57,476 nucleotides of DNA, from the IMG/VR virus record IMGVR_UViG_3300024325_000004, positions 1-57,476 of that record; one strand, written 5' to 3'. A program made the translations under genes and the position numbers. The notes below the pieces were generated by a model. That model worked only from the letters and a program-made list of their open reading frames with translations. It had not been told where the DNA came from and searched no databases. Positions within the stretch are counted from its first letter, which is position 1; every line of letters starts with the position of its first letter. Positions 47,661 through 56,351 of this stretch are shown here, one piece after another. Source of the stretch: a virus. Its lineage: Duplodnaviria; Caudoviricetes.

Positions 47661-48301
47661 AAAAATATCTTTTTTGTGATACCGAGACTACAGGTTTGCC
47701 GGTTACATATACTGCGCCATTTACTGACACAGATAATTATCCTCGTATCATAGAACTTGCCTGGGAATTATGTTGGGAGAACGGCGAAACCATTGAGAAA
47801 GCTTGTGACCTTATCTATCCCGATGGCTGGCGTTTTCCAACCGGTGACTTCTGGAAGGAACATGGCTTTACCGAGGATGAAAGTTTGCTGAATGGTATTG
47901 ACCCGATCATTGCTTTTACACAATTTGCTATAGCAATGAATTGCGCAGATGTGATGATCTGTCATAACCTGAGTTATGACAAGCCGATTATCGAATGCGA
48001 ACTTTTTCGCTATAAGATATACCCGAAAGCTGTTCGGAGACAATTAGTAGCAAATGGAATTAAAATAAAACATGGATTAAGGCCTGAAGGCGTTCCTTTA
48101 CAAAAAGAATGCACCAAGCTTCTTAGCACACCGATATTGAAACTGCCAGGCTTTAAAGGTGAGTACAGCTGGCCAAAACTGGAAGTAGCTTATGAATATG
48201 CTTTCGGTGAGAAAATGTCCGGCGCTCATCATGCTTCAACAGACGTTGAGGCAACTAAAAAATTATACCTTTGGATTAAATCTTTAAGTGATATATTGTA
48301 A
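47657..48301 (+). CDS. DEDDh 3'-5' exonuclease
   Basis: DTETTG, HNLSYD and AHHASTDV motifs. Confidence 0.9.
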   Translation: MKKYLFCDTETTGLPVTYTAPFTDTDNYPRIIELAWELCWENGETIEKACDLIYPDGWRFPTGDFWKEHGFTEDESLLNGIDPIIAFTQFAIAMNCADVMICHNLSYDKPIIECELFRYKIYPKAVRRQLVANGIKIKHGLRPEGVPLQKECTKLLSTPILKLPGFKGEYSWPKLEVAYEYAFGEKMSGAHHASTDVEATKKLYLWIKSLSDIL

Positions 48302-48319
48302 ACAATTAAATTGAGTAAA

Positions 48320-48859
48320 ATGAACACAGAGACAAAAGTGTCAACACCTGAGCTTGTACGGTTCAGCTATGTAAATTTGGTTGAGCCTAAATTGGCTCCC
48401 GGCGCGACTGAACCTAAGTATGGTATGAGCGTAATCATACCTAAGTCGGCAAAGAAAACAATTAAGGCAATTAAAGCTGCTATTGAAGCGGCAATTGAAG
48501 TAGGTACCGAAAAATTCGGTAAAAGCTTCAAAGCTAAAAAGCTTCCTCTACGGGACGGTGATGAGGAACGCGAAGATGCTGCATATGCGGATTCTTTCTT
48601 CCTGAATGCAAATGCTAAAAATCGTCCAGGTATGGTTGATCGCAAGGTACAGGCAATCCTTGATCCATCTGAGATCAAATCAGGCGATTGGGGAAACGTG
48701 AGCCTGAACTTCTATCCATTTAACGTCAACGGTAACAGCGGTGTAGCTGTGGGCTTAAATCACGTCCAGAAGGTAAAAGACGGCGAACCTCTTGGGTCGG
48801 TTACCAATGCTGCCGATGAGTTTGATGAAATCGAATTTGAAGACGATGATATCATGTAG
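48320..48859 (+). CDS. ssb: DUF2815 single-stranded DNA-binding protein
   Basis: RFSYVNL, PLRDGD and GVAVGLNHVQKVKDGEPLG motifs; acidic tail EFEDDDIM. The TTG at 48311 is an alternative start. Confidence 0.88.
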   Translation: MNTETKVSTPELVRFSYVNLVEPKLAPGATEPKYGMSVIIPKSAKKTIKAIKAAIEAAIEVGTEKFGKSFKAKKLPLRDGDEEREDAAYADSFFLNANAKNRPGMVDRKVQAILDPSEIKSGDWGNVSLNFYPFNVNGNSGVAVGLNHVQKVKDGEPLGSVTNAADEFDEIEFEDDDIM

Positions 48860-48865
48860 AAAAAT

Positions 48866-48896
48866 AATGCCGCTGCTTTTTGCAGTGGCATTTTTA
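48866..48896 (+). terminator. Terminator-like hairpin after ssb, overlapping the next start codon
   Basis: ATGCCGCTGC/GCAGTGGCAT stem followed by TTTT. Confidence 0.55.
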
Positions 48897-49187
48897 CTCC
48901 TTTGTAGCATTGGAGTAAATGCGCAGAATACAAGTTCTCATATCAAACATGCGGATGTAGTTAATATCGGAACTTCTAAAAATGACTCTACGTTATACAC
49001 GCTATCTGAGCCAAATGTCATACTGATCACGGAGTTACTCAGTTATGCTGACGGAGTGGCTGGTAACAGTGATAAGATCACTACCCGCGATTACAATAGC
49101 TTTCATCTGCAGGTATTTAAAATTGATAGTATACTAAGGGTCCAGTATCTACAGAAACATCCACCAAAGAAAGATGCCAAAAAGTAG
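48867..49187 (+). CDS. Secreted hypothetical protein
   Basis: MPLLFAVAFLLLCSIGVNA-Q signal peptide. Confidence 0.55.
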   Translation: MPLLFAVAFLLLCSIGVNAQNTSSHIKHADVVNIGTSKNDSTLYTLSEPNVILITELLSYADGVAGNSDKITTRDYNSFHLQVFKIDSILRVQYLQKHPPKKDAKK

Positions 49188-49294
49188 TTTCTTTCAGCGA
49201 TTAGCCCAGGAAAAACAGCCACCTAATTATTCACAAAAAGAACTGATTTACTATTTAGAAGTATTACCTTTAAACAAAAAATCCAGTATCAATC

Positions 49295-49771
49295 ATGAGC
49301 ATCGAATCATTCTTATCCAACCTATTCAAAAAGATATGGGCGTGGATCACTGCAGCGGAAAAACAGCTTGTTCCGATTATTGACATTGCTGAAGGACTTT
49401 TAAACGCATTAAAAAAGTTTGATAATTCTATAGTCGGTCAGACCGTAGAGGGGATTGTTGAACAATTCGTTCCGGCTTCTACCGGTTTAATAAATGCATT
49501 TCATCTTCAACTGCCGATATGGCTTATTGACCTGGGATGGATTAAGAATGAAGCGGGAAAATCTCTTACTGAACAGTGGCAGGATGCGTTAAATTATCTT
49601 AACACAATTCAGGATCCAAAAGTAAAAGCGGTTCAATTAGCCGCATTAAAAGCTCTATTCCTGCATTTCTTTGGTACTAATTCAGGTGCTTTGGTGAATG
49701 GAAAAGAATTGACTATACAGCAAATGATCATACTTTCTCCACCTACGCATGATCCCGAAATTGTTTCTTAA
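49295..49771 (+). CDS. Hypothetical protein
   Basis: 158-aa ORF with upstream TACCTTTA and a downstream terminator. Confidence 0.65.
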   Translation: MSIESFLSNLFKKIWAWITAAEKQLVPIIDIAEGLLNALKKFDNSIVGQTVEGIVEQFVPASTGLINAFHLQLPIWLIDLGWIKNEAGKSLTEQWQDALNYLNTIQDPKVKAVQLAALKALFLHFFGTNSGALVNGKELTIQQMIILSPPTHDPEIVS

Positions 49772-49774
49772 CTT

Positions 49775-49805
49775 AAAAGCCTCTGATAATTTCAGAGGCT
49801 TTTTT
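49775..49805. terminator. Bidirectional rho-independent terminator
   Basis: AAAAGCCTCTGA-loop-TCAGAGGCTTTTTT between convergent operons. Confidence 0.85.
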
Positions 49806-49806
49806 A

Positions 49807-50097
49807 TTATGAAGTAATTTTTATTCCCCAGAAATCCTCTGCCTTTTGAAGTATCAGCAGAATAACTGCCATATATTCCAGGATTTGTTTTTTAGTATCC
49901 GCAGGTATTTCCGAAATACCGTTTGCTACTAAGCCGGCCACAATTGTAAAAAACATGATCATCTTAAAAATGGCCTTTACCTTGTCAGGTGTAGGTAGTG
50001 ATAATGCTTCAAGACCGGTTACCGTTTTAGTATTTGATTCCGTAGTAGCTACCGGCTGCTGTGCTATTACAGGTTCATCTGTTTTTTGATCTGTCAT
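49807..50097 (-). CDS. Putative holin
   Basis: Two hydrophobic helices; downstream of the endolysin gene. Confidence 0.55.
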   Translation of the reverse strand: MTDQKTDEPVIAQQPVATTESNTKTVTGLEALSLPTPDKVKAIFKMIMFFTIVAGLVANGISEIPADTKKQILEYMAVILLILQKAEDFWGIKITS

Positions 50098-50108
50098 TGT
50101 TTTAAAGT

Positions 50109-50426
50109 TTAAACTAATTCAGGTTCATAATAAGGGCGCCAGTGACTAACCAATTCAGGCTTAATCATACAACTATCTTCGTACGGGTTGTAGTAATCCT
50201 GATAGCCATTTTTAGACCTGAAGGCTGTTTGCCACCGCTGTAATGCTGTATTATACACCTCTATCTTTTGATCGTATTCTGGCTGTAACTCTTTAATATC
50301 AAAGCCATATTTAGCCTCATCAAGTTGTTTTCTTAACGCCTCCAAAGCAGATTTCAACTGCCCGTTAGAGATATAAATACTTTCATACTCTCTGGCAAAA
50401 TCACTTACTTGTTTTGGATTTGTCAT
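50109..50426 (-). CDS. Hypothetical protein
   Basis: Coiled-coil ORF in the lysis region. Confidence 0.5.
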   Translation of the reverse strand: MTNPKQVSDFAREYESIYISNGQLKSALEALRKQLDEAKYGFDIKELQPEYDQKIEVYNTALQRWQTAFRSKNGYQDYYNPYEDSCMIKPELVSHWRPYYEPELV

Positions 50427-50884
50427 ATATTAACAAAATTAGTACCGGCAATAAAATCACCTGAATTATGCAAAGTTAATAGTTGTCTCCAATTATATCC
50501 GAGTTTATTTTCCAGGTGCGGATAATCTTTAAAACTCCCGGCAAAATCGCCGCCCCATGTAAACCCATGTTTTTTAAAAATATTCACTACGATCATCCAG
50601 TTGTGATCAACTTCCCAACTATCTTTACCGTCGATCTGTAAATGAAAATCCAAAGCGAGTGAATAATTATGATAGGACTGTCCGGCCTTAGAGTTGCTTA
50701 CTATTTCTCCCGGCGTAGTTCTTCCCTGCTGATATAGTTTATCGCTTTCCTCAAAGCTTCTGTACGTCTGATCAATCACAGGGTGCACATCTGCTGGTGT
50801 TGCTTTTACTGCTTCTGCATAAGCGTCTAATGCAGCCTGGCGAATTTTCGGATGAAGCAGGTTTAATTTTTCCAGTGAGTTCAT
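50423..50884 (-). CDS. Endolysin, M15 family (L-Ala-D-Glu peptidase-like)
   Basis: YRSFEE, SYHNYSLALD, WGG and DYPHLE motifs. Confidence 0.9.
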   Translation of the reverse strand: MNSLEKLNLLHPKIRQAALDAYAEAVKATPADVHPVIDQTYRSFEESDKLYQQGRTTPGEIVSNSKAGQSYHNYSLALDFHLQIDGKDSWEVDHNWMIVVNIFKKHGFTWGGDFAGSFKDYPHLENKLGYNWRQLLTLHNSGDFIAGTNFVNI

Positions 50885-50963
50885 ATTCCTAAAGCTATAC
50901 TAAGTGCATAGAAAAATATCAATGCACAAATAAACAAAAATATTAACAATCCTACTGCGTTTT

Positions 50964-52064
50964 TCATTGTAATTTAACTGGACCTGCACCGGTGACCACG
51001 ATATCCCCTCCTAACGGGGGAGGCGGTGGAGGAGGTGGCGGTGGTCCGCTACATGCTGTTATCATTGGTGTAGGCGCTATAGACGTATTCGTAGCCCCTG
51101 CAATATTTGTTTGCGTGTTGGTTATCCAGTTAATCGGATCAGGCAGTGTAGGGCCTCCTACATGGCCTGAAGCGGTTGACGCTGCTACCGCACTTGCTTT
51201 ATCTACCCAACGGTTGAAAACTGCAAACGAGTGCGCAGCAGTCTGACGCCAGTAGATCGTATTATAGCTCATCTCTACCGCGTAGGTAGTATCTCCTGAA
51301 TAATTGCCATATTCGATACCCTCAAAAGATAATGCACCGTGTCCGTCACCATAGATATAGTTATGATCTGCTTTTATTGAATGGGATCCCTGTACCTGTA
51401 TACCTACAGCCCCGGGGTTAACTAACCTATTTCCCCTGGCGACCTGGTAGCCACCACCTCCAACATCTCCAAGTACAATCCCTGCCGCACCGCCGGAATC
51501 ATTATTAACCTGCCCACCTTTGATAAAATTGTTCAATATCATAATAGAATCACCGGGAAGCCCTGCAGATTGAAACACGCTTATAATATCCTGCGGGTGC
51601 CGTGAAAAATCATCTATGCATTCAAAGAAATTATTCTGGATTAAAATCCCTCCTGAGTTAACATTATTAAGTTGTATACCGTTCCCTAAAGGGAAAGGAC
51701 CACGTATGTTTTTAACGTAACAGTTGGTCATTTTTACCCACCCGGAAGAATAATTATGATGCACTCCGTCGGATACATTTTCAATATCACAGCTATCGAT
51801 TGTTACGTTTTTACAGTTAGTAAGTAAAATACCCTGAGCAGTTGAATTGATAAGTTTACATCTTTTTATAGTTACCGAAGTATAATTGGTAAGCTGAATA
51901 CAGGGAATAGAACTATTAACGGAGTTAATACTATCACCACGTATGGTGATACTGCCTGTACTTGTTAGATTTATAGTGGCATGTACAGTATAAGTATTAC
52001 TGCATAGATTGATCTGTGCTAAGGCGCTTAAAGGCAGTAACAACAAGAGAAAAAGCCATCTCAT
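50964..52064 (-). CDS. Secreted right-handed beta-helix protein (pectin-lyase-like)
   Basis: MRWLFLLLLLPLSALA-Q signal peptide; Asn-ladder repeats; C-terminal poly-Pro. Confidence 0.75.
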   Translation of the reverse strand: MRWLFLLLLLPLSALAQINLCSNTYTVHATINLTSTGSITIRGDSINSVNSSIPCIQLTNYTSVTIKRCKLINSTAQGILLTNCKNVTIDSCDIENVSDGVHHNYSSGWVKMTNCYVKNIRGPFPLGNGIQLNNVNSGGILIQNNFFECIDDFSRHPQDIISVFQSAGLPGDSIMILNNFIKGGQVNNDSGGAAGIVLGDVGGGGYQVARGNRLVNPGAVGIQVQGSHSIKADHNYIYGDGHGALSFEGIEYGNYSGDTTYAVEMSYNTIYWRQTAAHSFAVFNRWVDKASAVAASTASGHVGGPTLPDPINWITNTQTNIAGATNTSIAPTPMITACSGPPPPPPPPPPLGGDIVVTGAGPVKLQ

Positions 52065-53161
52065 TTGTAAGTGATAATATTATCAGGTATAATAGTCGAC
52101 GTTAAAGTAGCGTCATTCCAGTTGTTATTAGTAAAAGTTACCCCGGCCTGTGTAGTTGCACCGGATTTTCCGAGCCATAAGCCCAAGTAACTTCCGTCCG
52201 GACGTATCCAGCGGGCGCGATTACCCGATACGGTCATATTCGTTTTTGTGCCGGTGAAAGTAAAACCATCATAACTTTTCATGGTCTTGTCGTCACAAAT
52301 AGCAATATTATTTGCTACATTTATTGTATCGGCGGTAGCTACAACAATAATTCCATTCACACCGCAGTTGACTACCACATTATCAGTTATATCATAATGG
52401 TTTCCTGATACATCCGGTGCGGTGATTCCTACACCTGTATCTCCTGTATTCGGCCATCCACCATCTGTCTGACCTCCTTTTATTTTATTACGCTTGATCT
52501 GGATAGGTGAACCGGAAGCACCGCTGGTCTGAAAGATACTGATACAATCATGCGGATGAACAGCAATACCCCGTTGACTAAAGAAAATATTATCATTGAT
52601 TTGCTGACCGCTACCTGAACAGTTAATATATTGAACGAAATGAGCAAAGTTGTTATTGTACTTCACAGGTGCCCAAAGATTCAACCCCTGGTTAAAATTA
52701 ACCTTAGTACCAATGCAGTTAGTAGCCATTACACCAAAGTTAACCATTGTGAAAAAGTTGTAGTCAACCGTTATGTTAGTGCAGTTGTTAAGCCGAATAG
52801 ATATGCCATTGGTATTCGAGAACCGGCACATAGTTATATGGACATTCGTACAGCTATTGAGCGTTAACAGGTCAACTGCCTTACCAGTACCATCAAACGA
52901 CAGCCCGCTGATAATCAATCCGCTTTGACCTGAGTACACTTTCGGTGCAGATGGAGTGCCGCCTGGCATAGCAGGTGCAGGCACAGAGTAGTCTATTGCA
53001 CCAAACGCCGCGACCATCGCCGAAATACCCGCGTCAACTGCCGCATCTTCTTTGGCTTGTGCTGTAGAGTTTGGGAAAGTTCTTGCGTGAAGGATTGTTT
53101 TCAGTGCTATAGCTGCATCGTTTGTGGCTGCAATAGCGTTGTCTTTGGTGGCTGTGCTCAT
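52061..53161 (-). CDS. Right-handed beta-helix protein, paralogue without signal peptide
   Basis: Shares HP.D.IS.FQ..G..G..I.I..N.IKGGQ with 50964. Confidence 0.75.
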   Translation of the reverse strand: MSTATKDNAIAATNDAAIALKTILHARTFPNSTAQAKEDAAVDAGISAMVAAFGAIDYSVPAPAMPGGTPSAPKVYSGQSGLIISGLSFDGTGKAVDLLTLNSCTNVHITMCRFSNTNGISIRLNNCTNITVDYNFFTMVNFGVMATNCIGTKVNFNQGLNLWAPVKYNNNFAHFVQYINCSGSGQQINDNIFFSQRGIAVHPHDCISIFQTSGASGSPIQIKRNKIKGGQTDGGWPNTGDTGVGITAPDVSGNHYDITDNVVVNCGVNGIIVVATADTINVANNIAICDDKTMKSYDGFTFTGTKTNMTVSGNRARWIRPDGSYLGLWLGKSGATTQAGVTFTNNNWNDATLTSTIIPDNIITYK

Positions 53162-53177
53162 ACTATAAAGCTAACTA

Positions 53178-53474
53178 TTATTTTTTATACTTTATAAAAA
53201 TATACAATCTTACTTTAGCCACAAAAGTCGGCACATTGATAAAGAACAACACCCAAGCCAATGAAATCAGTTGAAGGTATCCGAATAAGGTTGCTATGAA
53301 ATAAATTGCTGTAGAGCCGTATAAATAGGTCTTACTGACAAATAATTCCAGCCATAGAGTTCTGAGTTTTCCGTATTCGGATGATTGTTTAAACTCATAG
53401 GCTATCAGGCCGGAGATAGCTGCCATGCCTATAAGCATCATAATGATAAGGAAATCAGCGAAGGTAAGGTTCAT
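53178..53474 (-). CDS. Membrane protein (about 3 TM)
   Basis: Hydrophobic segments. Confidence 0.6.
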   Translation of the reverse strand: MNLTFADFLIIMMLIGMAAISGLIAYEFKQSSEYGKLRTLWLELFVSKTYLYGSTAIYFIATLFGYLQLISLAWVLFFINVPTFVAKVRLYIFIKYKK

Positions 53475-53734
53475 TTTCTATGTTCTAACATTGTTTTCAT
53501 TGAAGATACAATATCAGTATTTTTATTGAAACTATCATTGATTTTATTGGTCAGGTCAACTATTCTGTCAAACTGCTTTTCGGCTACTTTTGCCAGTTCT
53601 TCCCGTTCTTCGCGCCTTGACTTTTCTAACTGTTCGCGTTCTTCTCTATGCTGCTTATCTTTTTTAGCGTACCAATAAGCAAGTATGATGAGCATCGCTG
53701 CCGGGATACCAACTTCTTTGATAAGGTCGTTCAT
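53471..53734 (-). CDS. Single-TM coiled-coil protein (BhlA-like holin candidate)
   Basis: N-terminal TM followed by a charged coiled coil. Confidence 0.55.
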   Translation of the reverse strand: MNDLIKEVGIPAAMLIILAYWYAKKDKQHREEREQLEKSRREEREELAKVAEKQFDRIVDLTNKINDSFNKNTDIVSSMKTMLEHRK

Positions 53735-54036
53735 TTTTTAATCTCTTTCAACAACTCCTTAAACTGCGCGTCAGAATGATTCCTATCCGATTCGCGATAT
53801 TTAAAAAGCGTTTCTATCGACTCCTTTATTTCGCGCAACTCCCCGTCAAGCGTAGTCCGAAGCGTAGCCTTAACAATGTCCTGTATGAACTCTTGTTTCT
53901 CTTTGGCTTTATTCTTAAAGTAGTAATTGATATAATATATATAGCCTAACAGGAACGTCACGCATCCTGAAATCCATTTAATATTCTCGTTCCAATCAAA
54001 GGTAGGTAAAGGTGCAGTTGCCAATTTTTGTTTCAT
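53731..54036 (-). CDS. Single-TM coiled-coil protein
   Basis: TM at residues ~20-40 followed by a charged helix. Confidence 0.55.
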   Translation of the reverse strand: MKQKLATAPLPTFDWNENIKWISGCVTFLLGYIYYINYYFKNKAKEKQEFIQDIVKATLRTTLDGELREIKESIETLFKYRESDRNHSDAQFKELLKEIKK

Positions 54037-54054
54037 TTAAAAGGTACAATTGAA

Positions 54055-54423
54055 TCACTTGAATGTTTTGTATCTGATCTCGCAAAAAAATATAGTTAAA
54101 GTTATAAAAAAAACTGAAATATTAAAGGCGTAATAAATTGGTTGGGGCTTGTCATCCTGCAAATAACCCAAGTGCGTAAGCAGCCGTAAAATGTTATTTG
54201 TTATCACACACAGTATCAGTAACAAGTTAAACTGCTTATGGTGATAATTTACAAATCCGCATTTCAAGTCAATCAAAAAGAACAATAATGCCCCTATAGT
54301 AAGATAGTCGTAAAATAATTTATAGTAGTGCGCATCAATATGCGTTACCTCATAGATGTAAATATTGAACAGGCCGACATAAAGACATACGACAATTATC
54401 GTTATAGCTATCCTTAATTTCAT
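54055..54423 (-). CDS. Membrane protein (about 4 TM)
   Basis: Four hydrophobic segments. Confidence 0.6.
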   Translation of the reverse strand: MKLRIAITIIVVCLYVGLFNIYIYEVTHIDAHYYKLFYDYLTIGALLFFLIDLKCGFVNYHHKQFNLLLILCVITNNILRLLTHLGYLQDDKPQPIYYAFNISVFFITLTIFFCEIRYKTFK

Positions 54424-54605
54424 TACCCGTCAAATACGCATGTTTTTAACACTGAATCCCATACGTAACCAGTTGGACATCGCGGGTTGCTACTTGTTTG
54501 ATTCACGCTATCCAAATGCTCTCTCCACGCTTGCAACCTTTCTTCCTGATCGGGCAGCGTTTCTAAAAATTCAATACCGTCAATTAGTAATTCTTGTAAG
54601 TCCAT
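54423..54605 (-). CDS. Small protein with C-terminal CPTGYVWDSVLKTC loop
   Basis: 60-aa ORF, TAATG-coupled to the membrane protein gene. Confidence 0.55.
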   Translation of the reverse strand: MDLQELLIDGIEFLETLPDQEERLQAWREHLDSVNQTSSNPRCPTGYVWDSVLKTCVFDG

Positions 54606-54623
54606 TTTATTGTGAGTTTTAAA

Positions 54624-56276
54624 TTATCCTGCTAATATTACCGCATTAATTAAGTTAGCTACTGCCGCGTGTCCCGCATCTGTCCAATGCTGCCCATTCA
54701 ATAATCCATCTGGTATACTATGAGTAAGCCCGTACGTATAAGCATCGACAAATAAAATTCCTAAATCAGTAGCGATTTGAGCTATGTAAGGGGCAGCAGT
54801 ATCTACAGCAGGTGATGAAGGATTATAAAGCGGAGAAATAATAATAATTCTTCTTGGATTAAACCCTAAATCAATAAATGATTTAATTATACTTTTATAC
54901 ATAGCCGCCCAATTTGGCCCCGGTGTGGAGGCATTCGTGGCATAACCAAAACTCACATAACCATTTCTGTTAATTCCGTAATTAACTGATTTATATATCC
55001 CATTTAAATCCCTATTGTCAAATGCAATTCCGTAGCCGATATCCACGCTTGAAATAGCCATATTATGCAAATCAAAACCATTTGCGGCCGCCACAATTGG
55101 AGCATAAGCAGTGTTATTATTATCGCTTGATGTTCCTCCAACTGTTATACTGTCTCCATGCGCATAATAAGGTATTCCGCTTTGTGGATTATATTTATTA
55201 AAGAAATATGAAACAAGGCTGTTATGATCTTTCAGCGATGGCACATTATTATAAATCATCAACTCCTGGATGTTAAAAGCATTTCCACTTCCTGCAGTAT
55301 CGCCTATTGTTAATTTAGCGGTACTAGAAGTTCCCACATTCAAAGAACTATATTGCGGATCACCTCCCTCTACTCTTTCATCATAAACAGAATATCTTAC
55401 AGTACCATCTGCCGCAGCGGTCAACCTGATTAACATCCACTTGTTTTTATAAAATGCATTCTGTGTTGGCTGATAACCTGCACCGGAACACAATGTTATT
55501 GCATGCCCACCTGTTTGTACGGCGACCTTCATATACACACCATTCACAAAGCTGGTATCGAATTCCAATATTGCCCCTGTAGTAACATAGGTGATCGGCT
55601 TTACGTACATGTAAATAGTGTATGGAACGGCCAATACATAGGGTGTTATAGTGATTCTGTGGCCGCTCGCAATTTGCAACGCTGGCTTATTATTTTCAGA
55701 ATCAGCAAATGTCAAAACAGGCTTATTGGATGAGGCTGTTAAAGTCTTGCTATTACCTGATTTGTCTAATATTTGACTGACATTATTAGATGTATCAGTT
55801 ACTATAGTTGATAAATCTGTGATATCATACCAAACCTGTAATCCTGTAACTTTGTCTGGTGTTGTGCCTATTACTGATTGCAGGTCTTTTTGGCTTGATA
55901 GCGTTCCTGTTATTGCGCCCCATTGCGCAGATGCAGCTGGTAATTGCGCTGTTGGAACCTTACCGGTACTATCTAAACTGGCATATCCATTATTTTGCCC
56001 CTTGTTTGTAACATTTTCAGGTGTAAACCCTAATACGTTCTGTTTTCCGGCTACTTCGGTTGACAAAGAATCAACCTCCGATTGATCCGCTTTTGATGCA
56101 ACTACCGTTGAGAGTGAGTTTAAATCACTTTGATCCGCTTTACCAGAAACAATTCCTGCCAATGTATCTACATCCGTTTGGTCTGACTTTGTTGCTATTG
56201 ATGTAACAATAGAGTTGCATTCGTCTGCGGTAAATTGATCGCCTGTATTTTTTGTGGGTACGTTTGGGTTGCTCAT
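54624..56276 (-). CDS. Virion appendage protein: coiled stalk, LamG-like lectin domain and SGNH esterase
   Basis: Start MSNPNVPTKNTGDQFTADECN; KADQS heptad repeats; GLQVWYD lectin-like region; GDSITVG and HWTDAGH SGNH blocks. Confidence 0.75.
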   Translation of the reverse strand: MSNPNVPTKNTGDQFTADECNSIVTSIATKSDQTDVDTLAGIVSGKADQSDLNSLSTVVASKADQSEVDSLSTEVAGKQNVLGFTPENVTNKGQNNGYASLDSTGKVPTAQLPAASAQWGAITGTLSSQKDLQSVIGTTPDKVTGLQVWYDITDLSTIVTDTSNNVSQILDKSGNSKTLTASSNKPVLTFADSENNKPALQIASGHRITITPYVLAVPYTIYMYVKPITYVTTGAILEFDTSFVNGVYMKVAVQTGGHAITLCSGAGYQPTQNAFYKNKWMLIRLTAAADGTVRYSVYDERVEGGDPQYSSLNVGTSSTAKLTIGDTAGSGNAFNIQELMIYNNVPSLKDHNSLVSYFFNKYNPQSGIPYYAHGDSITVGGTSSDNNNTAYAPIVAAANGFDLHNMAISSVDIGYGIAFDNRDLNGIYKSVNYGINRNGYVSFGYATNASTPGPNWAAMYKSIIKSFIDLGFNPRRIIIISPLYNPSSPAVDTAAPYIAQIATDLGILFVDAYTYGLTHSIPDGLLNGQHWTDAGHAAVANLINAVILAG

Positions 56277-56351
56277 TTTAATACCATGAAGTTGTTCCTG
56301 AATCATAAGTCAATACTACTAACCCGCCTGCTGTTGGGGCTGTTATGCCAT

